A DNA stretch of 62,928 nt, counting the filler. It is 4 parts of 4 records of this genome, joined end to end, with 100 filler letters (N's around TTAATTAATTAA, not from the genome) between each part and the next. Parts side by side here need not be neighbours in the genome. Positions count along the whole stretch, not along the records: positions 1 to 20,769 come from SRR20825006_475; 3 more parts are not named here. One strand, given 5' to 3'. The notes under the pieces were generated by a model. It was given only the letters and a program-made list of their open reading frames with translations, was not told the origin of the DNA and ran no database searches. Shown one piece after another: positions 1 through 10,100 of the stretch (position 1 is its first letter; each line of letters starts with the position of its first letter). A program made the translations under genes and the position numbers.

Positions 1-521
1 ACATCAACCTGCCCGACCGCAACGGCACCGAGCTGTTGCGCGACATGCGCACGCGCGGTGACCGCACGCCGGTGTTGATGCTGACCGCCTTGTTTTCCGT
101 CGATGACCGGGTGTCCGCGCTTGATCTTGGGGCCGATGACTATTTGGTCAAACCCTTTGATCAACGCGAATTGGAAGCCCGCCTTCGTGCCCTTGTGCGG
201 CGCGAAGCGGAGCAAAAATCGGACGCCATCTCTTTGGGACCGCTGACATTTTCGCTCGCAACCCTGAATGCGACACTTGAGGGTGTGCCGCTGAATCTGA
301 CCCGACGCGAGGCCACGCTTTTGGGGCTGTTGTTGCGCAATCAAAAGGCCGCGCTGAGTAAGAAACGCCTGTATGATGGGTTGTTCGCCTTTGATGACGC
401 CGATGTGGGATTAAACGCCATCGAACTCTACATCGCGCGGCTGCGCAAAAAGCTCGCGGGCACAAGCGTGAGCATCGAAACCCAACGCGGTGTCGGCTAT
501 CGGATTTTCCAAAATGAATAG
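1..521 (+). CDS. OmpR-family response regulator (TctD-like), 5'-truncated by the window edge
   Basis: Frame open from position 3 (INLPDRNG). Receiver motifs LMLTA and GADDYLVKPF; winged-helix end IETQRGVGY; directly upstream of a sensor kinase. Confidence 0.9.
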   Translation, partial: INLPDRNGTELLRDMRTRGDRTPVLMLTALFSVDDRVSALDLGADDYLVKPFDQRELEARLRALVRREAEQKSDAISLGPLTFSLATLNATLEGVPLNLTRREATLLGLLLRNQKAALSKKRLYDGLFAFDDADVGLNAIELYIARLRKKLAGTSVSIETQRGVGYRIFQNE

Positions 522-1917
522 CCATATGGTTGCGCTGAACGGTCAACGCACACTCCTGTCACGAGTGATGGGCGGGGTCTTGTCGCTTTTGGCCGTAGGG
601 GGCATCTTGGTGACGATCGCCGCCTTTGCCTACGGCAAAAACGCAGCGCGGCAATCCTTTGACCGCATTTTACTGGGTGCGGCCAATGACATTGCGGAAT
701 CAATCGACATCGTGAATGGCGCCCCGATTGCAGATATTCCGGTCTCGGCCTTTGGCCTTTTGTCCCTAGCGGCGGATGATCGCATTTTTTATTCAGTGCG
801 TGGCCCGCAGGGCGAGGTTCTGACCGGCTACGCGGGCGCTGTTGCACGCGATTTCACCCATGACACGCTCACCACGCCAGCGTTTTTTGACAGCACGCTC
901 CAAGGCGAACGCGCCCGGTTTGTCACCGTGGCCAGACGGTTCTCGGAACGGGATTTTTCCGGCGCGGTGTTTGTCTTTGTCGGACAGACGTTGCGGGCGC
1001 GCAATGCGATGGCGCTGGACCTGACCAAGGGCGCGGTTCTGGTCACGGGGATTGGCGGCATCGCTCTGCTTTTGGGGGCATTTTTAGTGATCCGCTCAGC
1101 CATGCGACCGCTTGAACACCTGACCCGAGACCTGTCGCACCGTGACCCCTATGACCTGACGCCGATGGCCGCAGACGGGCCTGCCGAAGTTGCGGTCATG
1201 GTCCATGCGATGAACCGCTTTATGCAGCGTCTGGACCGACAAGTCGGCGCGATGAAACATCTGATTTCTGACACCGCGCATCAGTTGCGCACCCCTGTTG
1301 CCGCGATCCGGGCGCAGGCGGAATTGGCGATTGAAGACGATCCCGCGCATCGCGCCCAACGGCTGGAGCGCTTGGTGCGGCGCACACGTTCTTTGGGCAC
1401 ATTGTTGGATCAAATGTTGTCCCGCGCCATGGTCATCCACCGCACAGATAACGCCCCGCCCTCCGCCGTGGATTTGCGCGACGTGGCGCTGAAGGTCTTT
1501 GAGGACCGCGACCACGAAGTTTTGGCCCCGGAGGCCGAGGTTCGATTAGAGATTGGGGATGTGGCGGTGATCGTGATGGCCGATGAAATTTCATTGAGTG
1601 AAGCGGCGAAAAACATGCTGGCGAATGCGCTGCGTCATGGCACATCCCCGATCACCATCGGGGTCTGTGCCGATCGAGGCATAGGTGAGATTTGGGTCCA
1701 AGACGCGGGTCCTGGCCCGGCCAACGATGTGATCGACACCATCGGCCAACGGTTTGAACGCTCCGCCGCCTCAAAGGGCAACAGCGCGGGATTGGGCCTC
1801 TCGATTGTGCGCGCCGTGGCCGAGGCATTCGAAGGAAAGGTGCATATGGCACGCAATGATCAAGGGTTTCGTGTCAGTCTGGCCTTGCCTGCGGATCAGA
1901 GTACGGGGAAGGTATGA
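514..1917 (+). CDS. Membrane sensor histidine kinase (TctE-like)
   Basis: Two TM segments, H-box DTAHQLRTP, N-box NMLANALRHG, G-boxes DAGPG and GLGLSIV. ATG at 514 overlaps the end of the regulator. Confidence 0.9.
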   Translation: MNSHMVALNGQRTLLSRVMGGVLSLLAVGGILVTIAAFAYGKNAARQSFDRILLGAANDIAESIDIVNGAPIADIPVSAFGLLSLAADDRIFYSVRGPQGEVLTGYAGAVARDFTHDTLTTPAFFDSTLQGERARFVTVARRFSERDFSGAVFVFVGQTLRARNAMALDLTKGAVLVTGIGGIALLLGAFLVIRSAMRPLEHLTRDLSHRDPYDLTPMAADGPAEVAVMVHAMNRFMQRLDRQVGAMKHLISDTAHQLRTPVAAIRAQAELAIEDDPAHRAQRLERLVRRTRSLGTLLDQMLSRAMVIHRTDNAPPSAVDLRDVALKVFEDRDHEVLAPEAEVRLEIGDVAVIVMADEISLSEAAKNMLANALRHGTSPITIGVCADRGIGEIWVQDAGPGPANDVIDTIGQRFERSAASKGNSAGLGLSIVRAVAEAFEGKVHMARNDQGFRVSLALPADQSTGKV

Positions 1918-2978
1918 TGGGCTATGTATCGCCTCTGTGGCGTATGAGTTTGATGGTGCTGTGCCTCATTGCCAACCCGGCGATGAGCCAAGAGGCCAGC
2001 CAAAGATTTATCGCCAAAGACGCCACACCAAGCACCGTTCTCCTGGTGCGCTCCACCACCGATATTTCGATTTTTGCCCCTGCTTTGGCGGCCTTTGTCG
2101 CGGCCAACCCAAGCGTCGAAATCGCCTATGAACAATGGGGGTCCAACGCGCTTTATGCCAACAGTCTTGGAGCCTGTGAGGGGACAGCCACACCTGCGGA
2201 TGTGGTGATTTCCTCCGGGGTGCATCAGATGGTGGATTTGGTCAACCGCGCCTGTGCCAGTGCCTATCAGTCTGAATTCACAGCCCAATTGCCCGCCGCG
2301 CGTCGGTGGCGCGACGAGCTTTGGGGGATCACCCGCGAAGCCGCTGTGATCATCTACAACACCGATCTGGTCTCTGCTGAGGACGCCCCGCGCACGCGCT
2401 TTGCACTGTTGGATTTGATGCGGCGTTCCTCTGCCGACTTTATGGGTAGAATCGCCACCTATGATGTCGAAGCCTCAGGCCTTGGGTTTCTCTTTGCCTT
2501 TATGGACAGTCAGGAGGCCACAACCTTTGGCGGGCTTTTGGAAGGCTTCGCCCGAGTCGATGCGGTGGCAACCTGTTGTTCGGCGGAGATCATTGAAGGG
2601 GTCGACAGTGGCCGATATAAAATCGCCTATAATGTCTTGGGCTCCTATGTGGATACCGTACCGCATGAGAATTTGGGCGTGATTTACCCCGAAGATTACA
2701 CGTTGTTTTTGTCGCGCGCTTTTATGATCCCCAAGGGCACGCACCAAGGTGCTGCGGCGGGGGTTTTTTTAGACTTTCTCCTGTCACCCCGAGGGCGCGC
2801 CCTGTTGTCCCAGAGCACGCTCATTCATGACAGCAACAGCGATGAAACCGCCGCAAACGAAAGTGCGACACGCTACATTCCCATTGGGCCGACCTTGCTT
2901 GTCGCAATGGATCGACACAGGCGCGCCCGCTTTATCGAAAAATGGCGCGATAGTTTTGGTGTGGATGCGGTGAAATAA
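1914..2978 (+). CDS. ABC-type periplasmic substrate-binding protein associated with the two-component pair
   Basis: Signal peptide, SBP motifs VIIYNTD, IAYNVLGSY and FLDFLLS. ATGA overlap with the kinase stop. Confidence 0.8.
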   Translation: MMGYVSPLWRMSLMVLCLIANPAMSQEASQRFIAKDATPSTVLLVRSTTDISIFAPALAAFVAANPSVEIAYEQWGSNALYANSLGACEGTATPADVVISSGVHQMVDLVNRACASAYQSEFTAQLPAARRWRDELWGITREAAVIIYNTDLVSAEDAPRTRFALLDLMRRSSADFMGRIATYDVEASGLGFLFAFMDSQEATTFGGLLEGFARVDAVATCCSAEIIEGVDSGRYKIAYNVLGSYVDTVPHENLGVIYPEDYTLFLSRAFMIPKGTHQGAAAGVFLDFLLSPRGRALLSQSTLIHDSNSDETAANESATRYIPIGPTLLVAMDRHRRARFIEKWRDSFGVDAVK

Positions 2979-3006
2979 CCGGGGCGCGCCTCGTCGAGAC
3001 AGCACC

Positions 3007-3903
3007 TCATAGGGCCGCGTCCTCAAACACATGAACCACCCAATCCAGAAACACCCGCACTCTGGGGGAGAGTTGTCGGTTCTGGGGGGAGTAGGCGGCG
3101 AGGAAAATGGGTGGGGGTGGCGCATTGGTCAGGACTTCCACCAGTCTCCCAGCCTCAAGGTCATCCAGAAAACGATACTTTGGTGCTTGCACGAGGCCAA
3201 AGCCTTCCCTTGCCAAGTGATGCACCGTGTCTGCGTCATTGGCCGTCACAGTTGCAGGTAAAGAAACTTCCTCAAAACGCGTCCCAACTTTGAACTCAAG
3301 CGGCATCGCCGTTCCGGTTCGCGACGACAAAAACCCCACCATGCGATGGCCATCGAGGTCCTTGACGGACTGCGGCGTGCCGTATTTTGCAAGATACTCG
3401 GGACTGGCGCAGGTGATCTCCGGGATGCTGGCGAGTCGCCGCATCATCATGGTGCTGTCCTCCGGTTCTCCGGCGCGGATGACACAGTCGACCCCTTCGC
3501 GCACCAGATCGACCAATCGTTCCGTCTGACCAAGTTGCAATGTGATCTTGGGATATCGGGCGAGGAACCCCGACAGGCGCGGCAACAAAAAGACCCGTGT
3601 GAGTGTACCAGGGGCATCAATGCGCAAAAGCCCCGAAGGCTCGTGTCCACGCAAGGCGCCTTCTGCCTCCTCCAAATCGGCCAGGATCGACAAGCACCGT
3701 TGATAATAGGCCGCCCCATCGGGCGTGGCGGCGATGTGCCGTGTCGTGCGGTCGAGCAAGCGACTTTCCAAATCGCGCTCCAACCGTTGAATGGCTTCGC
3801 TGGCGGTTGAGCGCGGAATGTTCAGATCGGTGGCGGCTTTGGTAAAGCTGCCACGCTCCAGAACACGGACAAAAAGGCGCATCGTCGCAAGCCGGTCTAT
3901 CAT
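3007..3903 (-). CDS. LysR-family transcriptional regulator
   Basis: N-terminal HTH (GSFTKAA...LLDRTTR) and DLVREGVDCVIR; 298 aa; divergent from the SDR. Confidence 0.95.
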   Translation of the reverse strand: MIDRLATMRLFVRVLERGSFTKAATDLNIPRSTASEAIQRLERDLESRLLDRTTRHIAATPDGAAYYQRCLSILADLEEAEGALRGHEPSGLLRIDAPGTLTRVFLLPRLSGFLARYPKITLQLGQTERLVDLVREGVDCVIRAGEPEDSTMMMRRLASIPEITCASPEYLAKYGTPQSVKDLDGHRMVGFLSSRTGTAMPLEFKVGTRFEEVSLPATVTANDADTVHHLAREGFGLVQAPKYRFLDDLEAGRLVEVLTNAPPPPIFLAAYSPQNRQLSPRVRVFLDWVVHVFEDAAL

Positions 3904-3997
3904 TTGTTCGTCATTTCCGAATTATCATTCCAATTTTCGCCGGATTATCTGGAATCTATTCCGGTTTATCTACCGTGACAACAGACCGGAGATCGAC

Positions 3998-4735
3998 ATG
4001 AAACACCCGCCTCAAAACACAATCATCACTGGTGCCAGCAAAGGGATCGGTGCGGCCATCGCACTGCGCCTTGCTCAGGACGGTCATGCTGTTCTGATAA
4101 ACTATGCGCGTGACAAAGCCGCGGCTCATCGCGTCGTCAAAACGATAAAGGAGGCCGGCGGTCAAGCGATTGCGGTCCAAGGCGATGTCGCAGAGCCATC
4201 CTGCATGGCCGAGCTGTTTGACGCTGTTGAACAGACCTTCGGACCCGCCAACGGTCTGATCAACAATGCAGGCATCATGCGCGGCGGCCCGATTGGCGCC
4301 GCGACAGATGAGGACTTTGACGCGCAATGCGCCGTCAATTTTGCGGGCGTCTTCAGAGGCATGCGCGAGGCCGCCCATCGCATGACGGAGGGCGGGACCA
4401 TTGTCAGCCTGTCGTCCAGCGTCGTTGGTCTCTACCAGCCAAACTACGGCCTCTATGCCGCAACCAAAGCCGCCGTCGAGGCGATGACACATGTGTTGGC
4501 AAAAGAACTTGGGCCGCGTGGGATCACGGTCAACGCCGTCGCGCCCGGCCCGGTGGACACCGAATTTTTCAGGACCGGGAAACCCGATGCCTTGGTCGCA
4601 AACATTAAGAACATGAACCCGTTTGGGCGTCTTGGGACGCCTGACGACATCGCTGCCGCTGTGGCTTTTCTCGCTGGCCCTGATGGCCGCTGGATCAGTG
4701 GCCAAACCCTTCGCGCCAATGGCGGCGTGATCTAA
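3998..4735 (+). CDS. Short-chain dehydrogenase/reductase
   Basis: TGASKGIG, NNAG and YAATK motifs; GGAG RBS before ATG 3998. Confidence 0.93.
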   Translation: MKHPPQNTIITGASKGIGAAIALRLAQDGHAVLINYARDKAAAHRVVKTIKEAGGQAIAVQGDVAEPSCMAELFDAVEQTFGPANGLINNAGIMRGGPIGAATDEDFDAQCAVNFAGVFRGMREAAHRMTEGGTIVSLSSSVVGLYQPNYGLYAATKAAVEAMTHVLAKELGPRGITVNAVAPGPVDTEFFRTGKPDALVANIKNMNPFGRLGTPDDIAAAVAFLAGPDGRWISGQTLRANGGVI

Positions 4736-4761
4736 CCCCCTCCCCTTGAAAGGACAATCAA

Positions 4762-4974
4762 ATGCCATTTGCAAACTACAAATTGCCACAAGACTCCCTC
4801 ACCACGGCACAAAAAGAAGACCTCATCCACAAGACAACCGGCCTGCTGGTTGGGTTCTTTGGAGAGGTCGTGCGCCCCAACACAATGGTTCTGATCGAAG
4901 AGGTCAAGGATGGTGGGTACGGCCGCGCCGACGAAGTGTTTGTGTTGCCGGATGAGTATCGCGCCAAGGGCTAA
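4762..4974 (+). CDS. 4-oxalocrotonate tautomerase-family protein
   Basis: 70 aa with catalytic Pro1 after Met (MPF), QKEDLI and VLIEEV pattern; AAGGA RBS. Confidence 0.85.
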   Translation: MPFANYKLPQDSLTTAQKEDLIHKTTGLLVGFFGEVVRPNTMVLIEEVKDGGYGRADEVFVLPDEYRAKG

Positions 4975-5084
4975 GTCGCCTTGTGCACGGGGCAGCAGTG
5001 CAAGCCGCCGCCCCAATGATTTCTGATAATGACCTTTGGTTTCGACACCCGTCTTCGTGGTTCGACCAAGGATCACTCAGAGGA

Positions 5085-5750
5085 TCACCAAAACACAGAA
5101 ACGCCCGCAAAAAAGCTGTGGCCAGCAATCAGGGCACAATAGGCGATCAGCGCGTAGACACTCCGCCTGACATCGCCCTTTGCAAAGACCGTCCGCAGGG
5201 GCGCGCGTTTCGCATGGTGCCACAGGGTCTGCCATGTCTGCATCCCCAGTTCTTTTTGCCGCCGCCGATCCAGAAGCCGCATCCCAAGGGTGGCAAACCC
5301 GCCCAGAGCTCCAAACAGCAACACATGCGCCAAATCGCCATTGGGCAACAGATGCAAACCCGCCCAAAGCAGAAACCCCAACAGGAGCGGATGGCGGTGC
5401 ACCCGTACGAAACCCGGTCGCGACGGATCAAACACATCAGTCTTTGCCCCTCCGAAGGAAAAGGGATTGGGCCGCCCAAGCGACAGGGCGAATATCATGC
5501 AGACCGCCAGCATTCCAATCCGGGTCACAGTCAGAGTGATCGCAGATTGTGGCCACAACAGAACCGGGTCGGGCCAGTTGGCCGCGCGGATCAGCAGCAA
5601 GAGCATGGCCAGCGACAGAAGCGAGTATAGAATGGTAAAGCCCCGCGCGCCCACCGCCGCCACCGCCCGGCGTTTGACGGCGGGGCGGGTCGGGATCGAA
5701 TGGCTGAACAAAAACAACGCGAACATCGTCCCATAGGCAACCCAGTTCAT
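5085..5750 (-). CDS. nnrU: NnrU-family membrane protein
   Basis: FLFSHSIP, YSLLSL, RHPLL and HLLPNGDLA motifs; in the nor cluster; GAGGAGG RBS before ATG 5750. Confidence 0.88.
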   Translation of the reverse strand: MNWVAYGTMFALFLFSHSIPTRPAVKRRAVAAVGARGFTILYSLLSLAMLLLLIRAANWPDPVLLWPQSAITLTVTRIGMLAVCMIFALSLGRPNPFSFGGAKTDVFDPSRPGFVRVHRHPLLLGFLLWAGLHLLPNGDLAHVLLFGALGGFATLGMRLLDRRRQKELGMQTWQTLWHHAKRAPLRTVFAKGDVRRSVYALIAYCALIAGHSFFAGVSVFW

Positions 5751-5763
5751 GTCACAGACCTCC

Positions 5764-6960
5764 TCAACGGGACCGTTTCGCAGACCACAGCATCGGGGCA
5801 TACTGTATGGCGAAGCCCAGAAATGCCATAATCCAAAAGCCACCCGAAAGCTGATACAGCCCGGTCAGTGGCACAAACCCGGCTAGAAACCGCAGGATTG
5901 TGGCGGCAAAGAGCGCGACATAGACCGCCACGGTCCCGGCGCTGGCCTGTAGGTCGCGCCCGGTATGACCCAGCGAGGCACGGCTCATCACCGACAGCGT
6001 CATTCCACCAATCACGCCTGCGGTCCACAGGTGCACTGCGGCAGGCCCCGCCAACATCCCCGGCCACAGGATCGAGGCACTGACAGCCAAAGCCCCGAGC
6101 GGCAAGCAGAGATAACTCATATGCAAGACAAACAGAATCGGTTCGCGCCGGGTCATCAGCCCTTGCCAACGGCTCAGGCGGATCAGGTGCAACACGCCGA
6201 TCACGGCAAGGAGAAGCGCGGTGACCACATGCAACGGCGCCGCCCCCCATGCCAAAAGCGCCAAGGCGCTCAGCGCCAATGTGGCTTTGTCAAACCGCTG
6301 CATCGGCGGCACCGGACGCGCCGCATGTCCCGCTTTCACCAACCAGTTACGGGTGAAAGACGGGATGATCCGACCGCCAATCAGGGCGACCATCATCAAC
6401 GCCGAGCCAAGCCCCAGCCGCATCCCGAAGCCCGTCGCCGCATTGCCCCCGCGCCCGGCCTCCAAAAGGAACAGAAGGTCAGAGAGGGTAAACACCATGA
6501 GCAGGAGCAACACGGGCAGGTTGCGCCAATTCCGCCCCGCAACGATCTCTCGCAGCAAGAACGCCCCGAGCACCAGTGGAAAGGCAAGGTCGGTGGCGGC
6601 CGCATAGCCGAAAGGGATCAGCCCCGAAAACAGCATGGCGATGCGCCCGATACCCCAGAGCGCGAACACCCCGATCAGGGACGTACCGACCACCGGCAGG
6701 CGCCCGGTCCAGTTGGGAACAGCCGTCAAAAGGAACCCGGCGATGATCGCACCGAGATAGCCAAACAGGAACGCATGGGCGTGCCAACTCACCGGATCGA
6801 GCCGTGACGGCAGGGTGAGCGCCCCGGACAAGACCAATATCCACAGGCACATGGCACAGGCAGCCCAAAGCGATCCAAACAGGAAAAACGGACGAAACCC
6901 GTAGGAAAACAGGGCTGGACCCGTCCAACGGCGCATCTGTTCAGTAGAAGAAACGGGCAT
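5764..6960 (-). CDS. nnrS: NnrS-family membrane protein
   Basis: GFRPFFL, WH.H.FLFG, GFLLTAVPNWTG, GGRIIPSFTRNW and RASLGHTGR motifs. Confidence 0.93.
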   Translation of the reverse strand: MPVSSTEQMRRWTGPALFSYGFRPFFLFGSLWAACAMCLWILVLSGALTLPSRLDPVSWHAHAFLFGYLGAIIAGFLLTAVPNWTGRLPVVGTSLIGVFALWGIGRIAMLFSGLIPFGYAAATDLAFPLVLGAFLLREIVAGRNWRNLPVLLLLMVFTLSDLLFLLEAGRGGNAATGFGMRLGLGSALMMVALIGGRIIPSFTRNWLVKAGHAARPVPPMQRFDKATLALSALALLAWGAAPLHVVTALLLAVIGVLHLIRLSRWQGLMTRREPILFVLHMSYLCLPLGALAVSASILWPGMLAGPAAVHLWTAGVIGGMTLSVMSRASLGHTGRDLQASAGTVAVYVALFAATILRFLAGFVPLTGLYQLSGGFWIMAFLGFAIQYAPMLWSAKRSR

Positions 6961-6973
6961 TCTCACGGTCCTT

Positions 6974-7210
6974 TCAAGTGTCGGCAACATCCATCAGGCG
7001 TCGGATATGACAGGCAAAGGCATAGGTGGCAGGCAGCGCGATGAGCGCGCCAAGCCCCAGCGACACCGAGGTCGTCGCAACCGGCAAGCCAAGCCACGAC
7101 CCAATGAGCGAGGCGAAAAAGACATTCACCGCAAAAGCGCCCCAACCGAAAGGAAAGAGCAGCACCGCGATGCGTGCCGCGCTCCAGTGCCCCACGCCCT
7201 GTCGGGTCAT
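6974..7210 (-). CDS. Small two-TM protein of nor clusters (NnrT-like)
   Basis: 78 aa, hydrophobic (LLFPFGWGAFAVNVFFASLIGSWLG); ATGA overlap with the upstream small ORF. Confidence 0.7.
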   Translation of the reverse strand: MTRQGVGHWSAARIAVLLFPFGWGAFAVNVFFASLIGSWLGLPVATTSVSLGLGALIALPATYAFACHIRRLMDVADT

Positions 7211-7380
7211 CGCCGCGCCACCACCCGCGCGACCACAATCAGCGCGGCAATCAGTGCCAATGTGGCGAAAAAGAACCAAAGTTCCGCCGTGGCGGATTGC
7301 GCCTGTGGGATTGGACGATCGAACGCCTCGGCAAAACCCGATGCGGGAATGAGGGCGGTGAGAAGGATTAGAAAACGCAT
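7207..7380 (-). CDS. Small exported/membrane protein (NnrT-like)
   Basis: 57 aa: signal peptide, AFDRPIPQAQSATAELWF, C-terminal TM. Starts 1 nt after the norD stop; AGGAG RBS. Confidence 0.7.
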   Translation of the reverse strand: MRFLILLTALIPASGFAEAFDRPIPQAQSATAELWFFFATLALIAALIVVARVVARR

Positions 7381-7381
7381 A

Positions 7382-9277
7382 TTAACTCTCCTGTGTGAGG
7401 CTGCGGTAAATGTCGGGAAGGGCCCGCAAGAGCCGTTCGGGATGGGGCAAAAGCGTGAACCCGCCCCGGCCAAAAATGCGGGCGAACCAGTCCTGCCCGT
7501 CTTCGTCGATGATCACGCCATGCAACGACAGTCCGGCCCGGCGCGCCTCGCGCACCGCCATATGGCTGTCCTCGATGCCGTGCTGGCCTTCGTAGTGATC
7601 AAGATCGTTGGGCTTGCCATCGGTCAAAACGATCAACAGCTTGTGGCTGGCGCTTTCTTTCGCCAATTCCGCGCTGACATGACGGATCGCGGCGCCGAGC
7701 CGGGTGAAATGGCCGGGTTTGAGCGCGGCGATATTGTCTTGGACAGTGGCGCCCATCGGATCGGCAAAGCCTTTGACCCGCGCGACAAAAACCCGGTCGC
7801 GCCGGAGCGAGGAAAACCCCCAGATGCCAAACCGGTCGCCCGCGGCGTCGATCCCGGCACTGAGCGCCGACATGGCCTCACGGGCCACATTGATCACCGA
7901 GCTGTCGCCAATCGCGGCCTCTGTCGACCGCGACGTGTCAATCAGAAAGGCGACCGTCAGATCACGGTCAACTTGGCGTGCTTGTTGCCAGATACGATCC
8001 GTGCCGCGCCCGCTGGCGAGGATGTCGGTGCGGTTACAAATCACTGCGTCGAGATCCAATTCGCTGCCATCGATTTGACGCGGGCGCAGGATGCGTTTCG
8101 GGCGCAGCGCCTCGAATTGCCGCCGCACCGCGCGAATGTGGCGCGGATCGGCGCGAAACCCGTCATTGGGACCAACGGCAACAGGAGCTTCGAGCACCCG
8201 GCAATGACCCTCCATATAGCTGCCTGTCCGGTGGTTCCATTCAGGATAAACATGTGTGCCCGCGAGCCTCTCGTGTTCGGCATCGACCGGAGAGAGATCG
8301 AGATGCAGCCGAAGCCGGGTCGCTGCCTTGCGATTGTGTTTGCTCAGGATGATCTGGTCCTGATCCTCCGCTGCCTTGGCGGCGTTCTCTTCGTCGTCAT
8401 CGTCCACCGAGCGGTTGATATTCATCGACTCGACCCAAGAGAGAATGGATTCAAACCTGTGGATGATAAAACTGTCGCGCCGCCGCGTCTGATCGAGATC
8501 GCGACGCTCGCCAAGCTTGCGTTTGGTGCTGGCCGCACCGGAGGCGGCAGTCTTGCTCTGGGCCTGATCCTCGCTCGCACCGCGACCGGATGTCAGACGC
8601 TCGAACCGCAGCCAGATCGGCACTGGGGCGAGCGGCATATAGGTGCCCGTTTCACTTGGCGGCACACCGGCGGATGAGACCTCCCCACCCAGCTGATCCC
8701 GCAACGCCTGTTCCATCATGGCTTCGGCAGGAGGGCGTGCCAGATTGGTACGGCGCCCGAGGGACAAAAGCGCAAGGTCGCGGTAAGCCGCGCGCAGACC
8801 GGGACAGCGCAGATAGGCGTGATCGCAGGCCTGCGCATTGGCCCGGATTTGCGCGCAATCCATCGCCTGGCCCACAGGTTCCCTGGGCAAATCCGGCATT
8901 TCTTGACTGCTCACCACCGCCAAAGAGGTGAGCCAAAAATACGCCGCGCGGTTGAGCCGCGCCTCTGGAAACACATCAATGACCGGCGGCAAGCGCAGGC
9001 GCTCGCCATCAAAGGCCGCCACATGTTCTGTTTCGCGGGCGGACCCGAGTTTGCGGCGCAACGCCACGCGATGCCGCACCGGCGTTGGGGCGGCTTCGAC
9101 AAGCTCCACCCCCGCATGACCACCGAGCGCACGAAACACCACCGTCAGAGAGGGGCGCAGTGAGGAAAGGGTCACGCCCTCCTCAGGGAACCTTGTGTCG
9201 GCACCGATGTCTTTGGCCCAATCGTGCCACAGGTTGCCCACCGTCTCCTCCGGTTCCATCAGGTCCATCAAACGCAT
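7382..9277 (-). CDS. norD: Nitric oxide reductase activation protein NorD (vWA domain)
   Basis: MEPEETVG N-terminus, YPEW, MIDAS DTSRS, TDGKPNDLDHYEG; AGGAG RBS before ATG 9277. Confidence 0.95.
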   Translation of the reverse strand: MRLMDLMEPEETVGNLWHDWAKDIGADTRFPEEGVTLSSLRPSLTVVFRALGGHAGVELVEAAPTPVRHRVALRRKLGSARETEHVAAFDGERLRLPPVIDVFPEARLNRAAYFWLTSLAVVSSQEMPDLPREPVGQAMDCAQIRANAQACDHAYLRCPGLRAAYRDLALLSLGRRTNLARPPAEAMMEQALRDQLGGEVSSAGVPPSETGTYMPLAPVPIWLRFERLTSGRGASEDQAQSKTAASGAASTKRKLGERRDLDQTRRRDSFIIHRFESILSWVESMNINRSVDDDDEENAAKAAEDQDQIILSKHNRKAATRLRLHLDLSPVDAEHERLAGTHVYPEWNHRTGSYMEGHCRVLEAPVAVGPNDGFRADPRHIRAVRRQFEALRPKRILRPRQIDGSELDLDAVICNRTDILASGRGTDRIWQQARQVDRDLTVAFLIDTSRSTEAAIGDSSVINVAREAMSALSAGIDAAGDRFGIWGFSSLRRDRVFVARVKGFADPMGATVQDNIAALKPGHFTRLGAAIRHVSAELAKESASHKLLIVLTDGKPNDLDHYEGQHGIEDSHMAVREARRAGLSLHGVIIDEDGQDWFARIFGRGGFTLLPHPERLLRALPDIYRSLTQES

Positions 9278-9287
9278 GGCGCGGCTC

Positions 9288-10100
9288 CTATCCGTAGATC
9301 GTCGAAACCAGATCACGCAGCGCCTGCTGCACATCCGGCTCATCGGTGAGCGGTTCGATGATGGCGACCTGAATCGCCTGATCGACACTCATATTGCTGG
9401 CCATCAGCCGCGCCGCATAGGTCAGAAGCCGGGTGGACACGCCCTCTTCGAGATCCATCCCCGAGAGCGCGCGAATATGCCCCGCGAGCCGCACCAATGG
9501 CGCAACGCGCCCGGGTTCCAGCCCGCTTTCGGCACTGACCACCGCGATTTCCACCTCTGGCTCCGGAAAGTCGAAAGAGATCGAAAGGAACCGTTGACGG
9601 GTCGAGGGTTTCAAACGCTTGAGCACGTTTTGATAGCCCGGATTGTAGGAGGCAACGAGCATGAAACCCTTTGGTGCGGCAAGCTCTTCCCCCGTGCGGT
9701 CGATCATCAGGGTGCGGCGCGAATCCGTCAACGGGTGCAGCACCACGGTGACGTCTTTGCGCGCCTCAACCACCTCGTCGAGGTAACAGATCGCGCCCTC
9801 ACGCACGGCGCGGGTCAGTGGCCCATCAACCCATTCGGTTTCGCCACCCTTGAGCAGGTAGCGCCCGATCAGATCGGCCGCAGAGAGATCGTCGTGACAG
9901 GCCACGGTGTAGACCGGCTTGCCCAGAACTGCGGCCATATATTCGACAAAGCGGGTTTTGCCGCAGCCGGTCGGCCCCTTCAAAAGAAGGGGCAAACCGT
10001 TTTCATAGGCCGTTTCGAACAGGCCGCATTCCATACCCGTTGGTTGATAGAACGGCAGATCAACAGAGGCGGAAGGTGAAAGATCAAGCGTCATGGTCAT
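9288..10100 (-). CDS. norQ: NorQ AAA+ ATPase (CbbQ/NirQ/NorQ family)
   Basis: Walker A GPTGCGKT, YLDEVVEAR, SYNPGYQ, STRLL. Confidence 0.96.
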   Translation of the reverse strand: MTMTLDLSPSASVDLPFYQPTGMECGLFETAYENGLPLLLKGPTGCGKTRFVEYMAAVLGKPVYTVACHDDLSAADLIGRYLLKGGETEWVDGPLTRAVREGAICYLDEVVEARKDVTVVLHPLTDSRRTLMIDRTGEELAAPKGFMLVASYNPGYQNVLKRLKPSTRQRFLSISFDFPEPEVEIAVVSAESGLEPGRVAPLVRLAGHIRALSGMDLEEGVSTRLLTYAARLMASNMSVDQAIQVAIIEPLTDEPDVQQALRDLVSTIYG

